Assembly: GCA_964016885.1 (NCBI GenBank)
Contig: OZ024748.1
Span: 10,478,001 to 10,542,000 of the forward strand
Length of the DNA stretch: 64,000 nucleotides
DNA from: Eledone cirrhosa
Taxonomy: Eukaryota
Reading direction: 5' to 3'
Below, piece by piece: positions 9,501 through 22,690 of this stretch. The position numbers were made by a program, and so were the translations under genes. A model generated the notes under the pieces. The model did no database searches. It saw only the letters and a program-made list of their open reading frames with translations, and was not told the DNA's origin. Each line of letters begins with the position of its first letter. Position 1 is the stretch's first letter.

Positions 9501-12500
9501 AACCCCAGTACTTAACTGGTACTTTATTTATAGACATCAGGTAAAGTTGACCGTAGCAGGATTTGAAGCCAGAAAGAATATTGCAAAGCATTCTAACATC
9601 ACATATATATATATGAAATGTTCATAAATTAGGGTAGTGCCCAATGCATGTTTAGGGACAGAGTTGGTTTAGTACTTTGATAGATCCCAACAGAGAGTCC
9701 ACTCCATTTCAACTGGTCAGCAAGTTACAGCTAGCTTTGAACATTCAAAGCTTGCCAGCTTGCAGAAACAGAGTGGGCTCATAAACCAAAACTGTTTTTC
9801 CAATTTGAAATGTGTGTGTGTGAGAGAGAGAGATGGAGAGAGACTGTGTGAAAGACAGATAGATATCACCATAGTAACTAACTATACAGCAAATGATGCT
9901 TTCCAGCCGATACTCCCAGCTTGTCACCAACTGTTGTTGCCAGCTTGCATGTTTGTTAATCAAGACACCGTTCATGAACCATGTTTGGAAAATTTGATTT
10001 GTGAACCAACTTCTTCATGATGAGAGGAGTTTGTGAACCAAAGTTCCACTGTATATATAAAATAAATAAAGCAGGAGGGCAATGTTTAACGTACCAGTGG
10101 TTGCAGCTTTATTACAATATGATGTGGTTCTGATGCTGTCACTGCAGGAAGAATTTACTAGGAAATATAAAAAAGATAGAAATATAGAAAATCTTACTCC
10201 CATGTCATGACCATCACTATAGATAAGGAACATATAACAAAGACGATAAAACGTTCATCTGTAAAAGAATAGCTGACCATTCATCATCACCATCATCATC
10301 ATATTATGCTTTTTCTCCCTCTCCTCCCAATATTTTTCCCTGTTCCTTCCTCTTCTCACTTCATCTGCTGAAGGACTAGCATCTAAAACATCAATAACAT
10401 ATATCTACATTGTACTGTATTGTTTGCTTTGTTGTTTTGCGTTCACATGTTCTTGCCAAACAGAGGGTTGAGAAGGCTCATTGAGTTGTGTTGAAGACAT
10501 GACAACCTCCCTTCTGCTGATGTCACAAGAAAACGCACTTGGCAGAACGTGAGACCACATGTAAGTGAAATGCCAACGCCCCAGCCGATCTTGGAAGTTA
10601 GTAGCCCTGCTTCAATATTAACTTGTTTTGTGAAGAGCTGTTCAAACCCTTGCTTGCAAGGAAAGCAAATGATGATGATGATGATGATGATGATGATAAT
10701 AAATAGATTTATTCATATTCTTATAACATGGCCACAATATTTCAACAAAGTGTATATTCACAGTGTGCTTCATCAGAGAAGAAATATTGAAGTGTCTATG
10801 TATACATTGGTTAGGAGAAAAATCATCAGATTAAAACCCAATACACACGCGCGCGTGCGTGCGTACACACACACAAAATAAAAAGTTGCAATTACATTTC
10901 TTATTTCTCTTCTTTGGTCGTTTTGAGCTGAAAAGAAAAGGAAAAGGAAAAACTCATTTACTATTCACATAACAAATATGTAAGTATGTATGTACATATA
11001 TACATGTGTCCTCAGACCGGCTTAAATTGTTATATTTAACCCTTTAGCATTTACATTACAGGGAAAAGCGGACGTAAAATGATGATGATGATATATATAC
11101 TATTGTATTTTCATGGTGAAGGCTTTATCTCACATAATATCGAATCTATGAAATTTTGATGTTATTTATTTTGAGAACAATACCTTAATGGTAGCGTGAG
11201 CAGCTGGTTATAGCCAGTTTGAACAGAAAGAGGTGAGAGAATTCTGGCTGGATACGACTGGTTTAAATGCTAAAGGGTTAAGATGTGATATAATATAATA
11301 CACAAGTAGGCTATTGAAGTATTTTCTCTGAGCCTCAGACCCTCTCAAATTGTTATATGTAATATATGATATAATATAGATAGGGGCCATTGAGATGTTC
11401 TCTGTAGGCCTCAGACCTCAATATTTATATGTAATATATGATATATGTGGATCATAAGCAAAGCTAAACATTATTTTAAATGGGACATTAGAAAAAGATG
11501 TGATGTAACTTACCCAGAAGCCTTAATATTTTCTAGCTCTTTGTTTAAAGCTTCTTGAATCTCAGCCATTTCAACAACCTTCACATGGAAAAATATGTGT
11601 GATTTAATTATATAGTAATGAGAGAGAGAGTGAGAATACACTGGTGGTTTACATACATGTAAAGAGAAAGTAAAAAAAAACAACATACTAAGAAAGAATA
11701 GTTGCCAATAGGAAGGACAACTACTTAAGGTTAATCTAGAAACCCTAGGGACCCAAGTTTATCAACCTCTTCCTTCCTGGTTGGTTTTGGAAACTGATCC
11801 CTAATCTATGATCTCGATCAGGTGAAAACTACAACCCGAGACCAACTGATACACAAGAAGAAACTGCACAGATCTTGGGCCACCCAGACTGTCAATTGTA
11901 AATGTCCCTTTCTGCTCAGGTACATGCTGAGAGTTGACCTATTTCCTTAGGCCCAGTGTGCCCTCCTCAACCACCTTTCAGCAAATTTACTTAAGTGTGA
12001 CACTTCACTTCTCTCTCCCTTCAGCTTGACTGGAGAGCAAATATCTGTCTTCAGTCCATTCAGTTGCAGTCACTATACAGAAGCAGAAGCACAAGGCTTA
12101 GTGGTTAGGGTGTTGAAGCCCACAATCATAATACCATGGGTTCAATTCTCAGACCAAGAAAAGTATTGTGTCCTTGAGCAAGACACTTATTTCATGTTCT
12201 TCTAGTCGACACAGCTTCAAAAAATGAGTACCACCAGACCAGAAGCAGAGATTTACTCCTGTGACAAACGGACAGGGAAGAGTGTTGTACTCTCAGTCAC
12301 TTAACACCAATGAAACTGGAATAAGGGATAAGCTCAGGCTGGAAATGTCCCTAGGGCTTAATACAAACTAACATTTAACCCTTTAGCATTTACACTATTC
12401 TATATTTACTATTGTATTTTTACAGAAATAAAAATAATTGAAGGCTGTGTTGTAGCATGGTCGTAGTCCAGTGACTGAAGCCTGTGAATATGGTTATAAA

Positions 12501-15500
12501 GAAGAAGGGCCTCCCTCCTTAAAAATACTTACATTGTCATCCATGTCTTCATTATTGGGGTCTTCAACTTCCATTAACTCTTCTACAATGGGAGCAGCAG
12601 ATATTAATGAGCTTGCTTCCACCTTTTCTTCTATTAATGAGTACTGTTTAAGGGCAGCGGCAGTGACCCTGGGTGTTTTCTTGGCCACAGGTGTGACTGG
12701 CCCAATGACATCAGTCTTAGAAGACCTACCTCTACGGCGAGGAGTTTCTCTGGTACTATTCATAATGGATTGCTGAAATATAAATATTTCATCATCATGA
12801 TTTAATGTCCACCTTCCACGCTAGCATGGGTTAGACGAGTTGATTCATTTGAGGCAAGTTGGGTCAAGTGTCTTACTCATACGGAACTGTTTCTGGCTAG
12901 ATTTCTACATATGGATGCCCTTCCTAATGCCAACCACATTTACAGTATGTGCTAGGTACTTTTTGTCCCAACTCCTACATGACCACTTTACAGTGTGGGC
13001 TGGATGAATATATATATATATAAATATATATACGTATGGTGGTTTCGGGGAGCTGGAACAGATTATTTATATCTTAATTAATACTGAACCTAATTAGGGG
13101 CAAATTCATTTGTAAAACGAGTAAGTCGTAAGACGGGCTCAGTCATGGAATGAATTAAACTTATACTGTGAGGTATCACTGTACTTGACTGGTAATTCAT
13201 TTTATCGACTTCAGAAGGATGAAAGGCTAAGTTGACCTTAGTGGGATTTGAACTCAGAAAATTAAGAGCCAGAACAAATACAGCAAAGGAAATTTGTTTG
13301 ATGTTCTAACAATTCTACCAATCCACCACCCACTTCATGTAAATAGTTCTTTCTAGTCAGCAATCTGGGGAGAAGAGAAAGTGGAGTATATTGAACCCAG
13401 TACATGACTGGTACATTATCTTAACCTTGGAAGGATGAAAGGCAAAGTTGACCTTGAAGGGACTTGAACTCAGAATATAAAGAGCTAGAAAAAATAAAGC
13501 AATATGTGTGATGCTCTAACAATACTGCCAATCCACTGCCCTAATGAGTATCTATTCTAAACTATAATAAAGTAAGGAGCACGGGACTGCGTACGGTTTA
13601 TACATTTTTATCCCATTAGTAAAATAAGTTGGATTACTTTGAATAAATAATGAATGAATATTACATAATTTATCTACTAAATTTCGTGGTTGTTGATTAA
13701 ATATATTTTATTGTTTATTTTAAGATTCACTTCTTTAAAATTTTCAAATATCAACACTTCTGGTTAGCGATCGCTTAAATAAATATTCATATATTTCCAT
13801 CACTAATTTTCTCCTAATGCAGTTTATATATAATATCGTCTTTTTTAAAATTTATCATGGATTATGTTACTGATTACATAAGAGAGTGTAACACGCTTTT
13901 ATTTGATCATATCTACATGCATATATACTTGTGTATAATATCAATATACACACTACACATGTTAGCAGATACATAATATTGTCTTTTTTTAATGTATCAC
14001 GGATTACGTTACTGATTACATAAGACAGTGTAACGCGATTTTATTTGATGTATCATATCTACATGCATATATACTTGCATATAATATTAATATGCACATT
14101 ACACATGCTAGCAGAAAACCACCCTTTGGGTGGCTTTTCTGCTAGTAAGAGGTGCTCCAGTGTGAACTTCTCTTAATGAATAATGGGTTCTGATTTAGGC
14201 ACAAGGCCAGCAATTATCCCAGTGCATTACTGGTACTTTATTTTATCGACCCCGTAAGGATAATGAATAATGGGTTCTGATTTAGGCACAAGGCCAACAA
14301 TTTGGGGGACAGGATAATTGATTAAATTGAACCCAGTGTGTTATTGGTACTTTATTTTATTGTTCTGTAAGGGTGGAAGGCAGAGCTAACCTCGGCGGGA
14401 CTTGAACTCAGAACATAAAGGAGCATAACTATACACCACAAAGCACATTGTTCAACGTTCTACCGATTCTGCCAATTCACTCTCCTTATGAGTGTCAAAT
14501 AATGATACAGTAAAAGATGTTATCAAAACTAACAACTTACCAAGTTCATGTTTGGGTTAAATGTGTGAGGAAACAAAGACTCCTCGACACATACATTCTG
14601 TTCTTTACACTGAAATAGAAACAAAGAAAGACATGAAGGAACCTATACATGGTCAGTTCAGCTGCTAGAAATAACAGTAAAAATCTCCCTCAATCAGACA
14701 AAGGAAACAATGTTTCTATTTCTGATACTATCTACTGGTCACAACTCCTGGCAGAAGGAGCAATGTGAAATAAAGTGTCTTGCTCAAGGACATGGCACAT
14801 TGCCTGGTGCAGGAATCGAACTTGCAACCTCACGATTGTGAATCCAATTCTCTAACCACTAAGCCACGTGTCGTCACAAACCCTACCATTATCAAAAAGA
14901 AAGGACACGTTGGATAATGTAGTGCTAGATACACAATATCTGAATTAATGACAAAATAGTGATGGTTGGAATATCTTTGATTGTTCGTCAGTTGGATCAC
15001 GGCTGATCTGGGACACAACAACAATAAAAAAAGTGTATATTTCAACCAGTAATATTGCTGTAATATATCAGATAAGGTGGAGAAATCAGTTGTAGTTTGC
15101 AAGAGAGAGACTGCACTGGTACAGACATGTGATGCACATGAAAGATGAGTTAGGTAAAAAAAAATATACAGTGAATCAAGTAGAAAGAGTCAAAGGAAGA
15201 TGGAGACCGATCCAGGTAATGGAATTATAAGGAATTATAAGAGTCAATGAGATAGCATCAATGTTGTTGCCCGACTGGGTAGAAATAGCAGCCAAACCTC
15301 CCTCAAATGAAATTCTACATGCTGAATGATGTAGTTTTGGGTTAAAGTTAGGGAAAATGATGGAATGGTCAGACCTTGAATACTTTTGATCAAAAGTCTG
15401 CTGGATCAGAGCCGACCTAGGGCCAAACAACAACAACAATAACAACAAAAGAATTATTATACAAACCATGATGAGCCAGTACGGAGAAACAATTATTTTC

Positions 15501-18356
15501 TTTTGATCTCGAGCCAATCGAAACTCTTTGTTTATGTCATTCTGTTTGCCCTGCATTAGAAGAGAAATTTTAAAGAATTTTCCTATCACACATGTATATA
15601 CAACAGAAACAACAACAATAACATCACCAAAAGCACCAATAAGAACAATAACAATAGCAGCAACAACACCAATAGGAACAACAACACCAACAGGAACAAC
15701 AACAACAGCAGCAGCAATAGGAACACCACCACCAAAAACACCAATAAGAAGAACGACAGTAGCAACAGCACCAATAGGAACAACAACAACAAAAGCACCA
15801 ATAAGAAGAACGACAGTAGCAACAGCACCAATAGGAACAACAACAACAAAAGCACCAATAAGAAGAACAACAACAATTCCACAAATACTAACAACAATTG
15901 AAAATTGGACAAAAACAGTTATGTAAAACAGATCTGGCTTGATTTTTTTCAGTAACAGTTATGTAAAACAGATCTGGCTTGATTTTTTTCAGTAACAGTT
16001 ATGTAAAACAGATCTGGCTTGATTTTTTTCAGTAACAGTTATGTAAAACAGATCTGGCTTGATTTTTTTTCAGTAACAGTTATGTAAAACAGATCTGGCT
16101 TGATTTTTTTCAGTAACAGTTATGTAAAACAGATCTGGCTTAATTTTTTTCAGTAACAGTTATGTAAAACAGATCTGGCTTGATTTTTTTCAGTAACAGT
16201 TATGTAAAACAGATCTGGCTTGATTTTTTTCAGTAACAGTTATGTAAAACAGATCTGGCTTGATTTTTTTCAGTAACAGTTATGTAAAACAGATCTGGCT
16301 TGATTTTTTTCAGTAACAGTTATGTAAAACAGATCTGGCTTAATTTTTTTCAGTAAAGCTGTAATTAACTTACCTGGAAAATGAAATGAGTACAGGTTTC
16401 ATCATAGGTCCAGGTGTAATTAGCACCAAGAGTTACAGCTATGTCATTGTAGAGAGATTGGTTGGCACTTAATTTACGGGCAACAGATATCACAACATCC
16501 TTCAGAGGACCCTCATTCTTCTAAAATTAACCAAAAAAAAAAAAAAAAAATATTGTAATATATACATATTGACCTTATAAGGATGAAAGACAAAGCTGAC
16601 TGCGGCAGGATTTGAACTCAGAACGTCAATGTCATAACGCAAGTTGTCCGACGTTCTACAGATAGTGCCAATCCACCGTCCTACACTCCATAATAATTGT
16701 TTCTACTTTAGGCACAAGGCCAGCAATTACCCAGTACATTACTGGTACTTTATTTTATTGACCCCGTAAGGATGAAAGGCAAAGTTAACCTCAGCGGGAT
16801 TTGAACTCAGAATGGCAAGGGCCGTAACTCTATGCGTCAAAGCATGGCGTCCGACCCTCTACCGATACTGTCACCATAATAATGATAATAATAATAATGA
16901 TTTCTACTGCCAATCCACCGTCAATATAATAATTGTTTCTACTTTAGGCACAAGGCCAGCAATTACCCAGTGCATTACTGGTACTTTATTTTATCGACCT
17001 CATAAGGATGAAAGGCAGAGTCAACCGCGGTGGGATTTGAACTCAGCCGAGGTTGACTTTGCCTTTCATCCTTACGGGGTCGATAAAATAAAGTACCAGT
17101 AATGCACTGGGTAATTGCTGGCCTTGTGCAATATAATAATGATTCTACTTTAGGCATAAGGCCAGTAATTGGGGGGGGGGGGAGGGGAAAGTCGATTAAA
17201 TCAACACCAGTACGTTACTGGTGGTTTATTTTATCGACCCTGTAACGACGAAAGGCAAAGTGAAACTCCGTGGCATTTGAACTCAGATCTTAAAGAGCCA
17301 TAACTCTATGCCGTAAAGCATGGTGTCTGATAATAATAATAATAATAATATCAACAATAACTTACATCACTGGCAACCTCTAACTCTTGAGATCCTGAGT
17401 CATCATCTGTCCTAGCATTGGCACTGATTTTGACACCTTCTTCAATGTGTTTACTGAACAGTTCACCCCAGGGCTACAACAGAATAATATATATATATAT
17501 AAACATACAAATCATCATTCATCATCATCATTTCATTTTACGTCCACTTTTCCCTGCTTGCAAGGGTGGGACGGGAACTGATTCTGGCTTGATTTCTACA
17601 GCTGGATGCCCTTCCTAACACCAACCTCATTTACAGTGAGTGCTGGGTGCTTTTTTGCCGTGGCACCTCCACGACTACTTTGCAGTGGAATGATAGGGAC
17701 CCCAATCCCTATCATCTCATTTCTACAGCTGAGTAAACTGGAACAATGTGAAATAAAGTGCCTTGCTCAAGGAAACAACACATCGCTCGGTCTGAGAATT
17801 GAACTCAACCTTTCGATTGCAAGGCCAATGCTCTAACCACTAAGCCATGTGCCTCCATAATATATATATGAAATAAATAATGATGCTATAGAGTTATTTC
17901 TTCTGTTTATTACTATTATTATCATAATACTCCAGATAAATTTTATCTGTCAAGTGCTTCGTATCCGTTATGAACATAACTCTGTTGATTACATATCAAC
18001 AGAGTCTCTAACTCATTGTTTATCATCATCATCATCATCACCGTTTTACGTCCGTTCTTCCACGCTAGCATGGGTTAGACGGGTTGTCCTGTTGTGGGCA
18101 GTGTCTGGTCGGCTGACCATGCCTTGCTCATACAGGAACTGATTTGGCTTGATTCCTACAGCTGGATGCCCTTCCTAACGCCAACTATATTTACAGTGAG
18201 TGCTGGGTGCTTTTTCGTGGCGCCTACACGTCCACTTTACAGTGTGGGCTGGGTCCTTTTTTGCCGTGGCACCTCCACGACCACCTTGCGGTGTGTGTGT
18301 GTGTGGGGGGGGGGGGCATATTGTCTATATGCTTCAGCTTGTACCCATGGGAGGTC

Positions 18357-18404
<48 letters not shown>

Positions 18405-18936
18405 CATACTCATATATATACATATATAAATACACATAGACACATACACATATAAACACACAGGTGTGTGAATATACTGATGTTGTCCAAGGGAAAATCA
18501 ATGGCTGATACAACTTAGCGCCAGTGATGTGGCAACTCATTGTTACAGCTGAGTAAACTGGAGCAATGTGAAATAAAATGTCTTGCTCAAGGACACAATA
18601 CATCAATCGGTCTGGGAATTGAACTCACAACTTCACAATTGCAAGCCCAATGCTCTAACCACTAAGTCATGCGCTTTCACACTGTGACTGCAATATCATA
18701 AGACTAAAGGTGAGGTTGAAATCTTACAATGCTAGATCTTCTGGAACGTGATGTTGATAAACCCTTCATTTGAGATTCCAACACGGAGGTTAAATCCTAA
18801 GAAAAAGACAAAAACAAAAAAATTTTAAATATTTACAGTGTGATTATTTGACACTCATTCAATGTCACTCATACAGGCTGTTTTACATACTTCTGACACT
18901 TTTTATAATTTTAGCAAACACACTATAACACAAGTG

Positions 18937-18975
<39 letters not shown>

Positions 18976-21900
18976 ATAAACGTTAATACCTGTCTGATGA
19001 CAACACATCAAATGATTATCATGCAACCACTTTGGTGCCTTCAAAATGTGCATAACAGGATTATATAATAAACAGAAGATCTTTTTTATAATATATATAT
19101 TCATTTTATTAAGGCTAAATAGTGAGTCTTGTTACTCTACTGGAGTTTCGCCTGTTTACCTCCATAAACAAGCAGAACCCCTGAGTTTACAAGACTCACT
19201 ATTTAGCCTTAATAAAACAAATATTCAAACTCTACTGAGTATTCTTTTCTCTCAGCCGTCAACTACATATGGATATATATGTGTATATATATATCAAGGG
19301 CGAAGGGTCTGTGCATGCAACGCATGCAGTGCATGCGTTATAGAATCTTGAGTTGATCAATTGCGTCGGTTGAAGCAAGCAGAATTTTGGCTGCTTACTA
19401 AATCGTAGACACATAAAAAGATAACACACACACACTAGATAACACTACATGTGGCTTTGACCGAGAGGGTCATTTAGAGGGAATTGGGGGTGGGGAGGTA
19501 AGGTTGCACAGCCCCACTTTCTGCCATGGCGATTGGACTGCATGCCCTGCTTTCCAGGTTACCCTTCGCTACTGATATATATATATATATGCACACGTGC
19601 ATACACACACATGATGGGTTTCCTCAATAGTACAAATAAAAATAATAATAAACATACATCAAGTTCATACGTAGGGTGATATTCTTTTCCTTGGCCCAAG
19701 AATTTACTGGGTGTTTCAGTATCAATTTTAGCTTGGAAGTTATTTTTAGGGGACAACTGGCCGTCTTTATCTTTCTGTAATTCCTGGAAAAATGAAACAA
19801 AACAAACAAACAATAACAACAATACCATTACTGTTTACTAGTGTAGACATAAGGACTTAATATTGTGATGGGGCGAGTACTGGGGTTGATTATATTAACT
19901 CCAGTACTTAATATTTGTAATTATATTTTCAAAATAATTTTAATGACATTGTTATGTATACTTAAACATTAGCATTTAAACTGGCCATATCCAGCCAGAA
20001 TTCTCTCACCTCTTTCTATTCAAACCGGCCATAACTGGTCACCTATTGTTATATATACTTAACTCTTTAGCATTTAAACTGGCCATATCCGGCCAGAATT
20101 CTCTCACCTCTTTCTTTTCAAACCGGCCATAACTGGCTACCTATACTGACATGAAGGTATTGTTTTCAAAATAGATAACATCAAAATCTCATAGATTCGA
20201 TATTATGTGAGATAATTATGTAAGGTAAAGCCTTTACCACAAAAATACAATAGAATATATAGAGTAATGTAAATGCTAAAGGGTTAATAGAATTTAACTC
20301 TTATGTTACCAACCCAGCCAAAGCTGACTGATTTTATGAAACAAAACCACACATTTTGTAGGGTTTATATTTAACCCATTACCATTTACATTACTCTATA
20401 TTTACTATTGTATTTTCACAGTAAAGGTTTTACCTCACATAATATCAAAGCTACAAGATTTTGATGTTATTTTGAGAACAATAAATTACCATTGGTATGA
20501 GTGATCAGTTATGGCTGATTTGAACAGAAAGAGGTGAGAGAATTCTGGCCAGATACGGCCAGTTTAAATTCTAAAGGGTTAAGGAATATACTATCTGTAT
20601 ATTTTAATACAGTATTATCTAATGTGCCCTATATATCTGCTGTAGTTTGTGATTTGAGTGGAATCAAGTTGTTATTTCTAGCAGATTGACTGAGCTGTCT
20701 TGGTATTAAACAGCTCCGTCATTGGCTTGTAATGAAGTATGTAGAAAAACAAATATATGAAATAACATACCAGAACTCTAGATGGCTGTAGCGATCCAGC
20801 TATCTGTTTTTGTGATAATGAAAGTCTGTTCTCCTTCTGGCTATTATCAGTACTGACATAATCTTCCATGGCGATATCACACTGGGGCTGCTGGACAGCT
20901 TTACAGGGAGAAGTAACCACTTGACTAATGAGATCAGTGGTGAAATGTTGGTTCGGTCTGAGATCAGATATAGATAAAGTGGTTCGTTTCTTGGTCATCA
21001 TAGAGCAGTTTTCATTCCAATCAGTTCTGCCCGGAGTGAATGTAATATTTTTATATCTATCATTTCCACCATTTTCTGTGACTATCCTGCTACTATTTCT
21101 CACATTATTCCCATCAATTACTGCTGAGGCTGTTGTGGTATTGGTTTGTGGCATTGATACATCAACATTACAGTCAATAACTGAAGCTGGTCTGCAAATA
21201 TAGTTCTCTTCGGGTTCTAACCTTCCAGTCCTGGCACAAGCTAAAATCCACCTGGAAAAATTAAAAAAACATTGCAATATAATAGGATAAATAATAATGA
21301 AGATACTGGTTTCTGATTCAGACACAAGGCCAACAATTTTGTGTATTACTGGTGCTTTATTTTATCAGCTCTGTATGGATGAAAGGCAAAGCTAAACTCA
21401 ATGGGATTTGAACTCAGAATGTAACTATATGTTACAAAGCACGTTGTCTGACGTTCTACTGATCCTGCCAATCAATTGCCCTTAATAATGATTTCTAGTA
21501 TAGACTTTGCCTTTCATCCTTACGGGGTCGATAAAATAAAGTACCAGTAATGAACTGGGTTATTGCTGGCCTTGTGCCTAAAGTAGAAACAAATAATGAT
21601 TTCTAGTATAGGCACAAGGTCAGTAATTTGGAGGGGAGGGGAAAGTCAATTATATCGACCCACAGTACATTACTGGTGCTTTATTTTATCAACTCCGTAA
21701 GGATGAAAGGCAAAGTTAACCTCGGTGGTATTTAACCCTTAAGCATTCCCACACATTACTCTATATATACTATTGTATTTTCACAGTAAAGGCTTTATCT
21801 TACATAATATCGAATCTACAAGAATTTGATGTTATTTATTTTGAGAAATAAATAACATCAGCATGAGAAGCCAGTTATGGCCAGTTTCAACAGAAAGAGG

Positions 21901-22655
21901 TGAAAGAATTCTGGTCGGATATGGCCGGTTTAAATGCTAATGGGTTAAACTCAGAATGTAAAGGGCCGTTACCCTATGCTGCAAAGCATGGTGTCCAACA
22001 CTCTAATGATACTGCTAATCCATCAATAATAAAAACAATAATGGGTTCCTAATTTTGACACAAGGCCAGCAATTTTTGAGGGAAGGGAAAGTGAATTATA
22101 TCAACTCTAGTTCCAACCCCAGAAGGATGAAAGGTGGGATTTGTATTCTGGTAATAATGAATAAAAGTAAATCTTACTCTTTCTTCACAACATGTATCTT
22201 CCATTTAATAGCAGCTTCATATTTCGGTCCCTCAGCATCCTTGACAACTAAATGTGTATTGCTTGACATACCTTTCGTAGGTTTCTTCACAAATACCAGC
22301 TGGGTGCTAAAATTAAAGAAAAAAACAAACAAATAAAGCAATTATCATACACACATCTGTAAAGTGATCGCGTAGGTGTTATGACAAAAAGCACCCAGTC
22401 CACACTGTAAAGTGGTTGGGTAGGAAACACGACAAAAAGCACCCAGTCCACACTGTAAAGTGGTCATGTAGGAGACATGGTAAAAAGCATCCAGTCCACA
22501 CTGTAAATATAGTTGGCGTTAGGAAGGGCATCTAGTCACAGAAAACCAGACAGAAACAGTCCTATACGAGTGAGACAAACACGTCTAACCCATGCTAGAG
22601 TGGAAGATAGACATTAAACGATAATGATGACACAAATATATATATGCATTTACAT

Positions 22656-22690
<35 letters not shown>

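Noticed and set aside
10362-10395. Hammerhead-like ctgctgaagga...tctaaaacatc
   Set aside because: Both core segments are mutated; at most a decayed Penelope relic, too weak to call
15528-15926. Thr-rich, Leu-rich and Cys-rich ORFs (mucin- or metallothionein-like)
   Set aside because: Translations of an intronic triplet microsatellite
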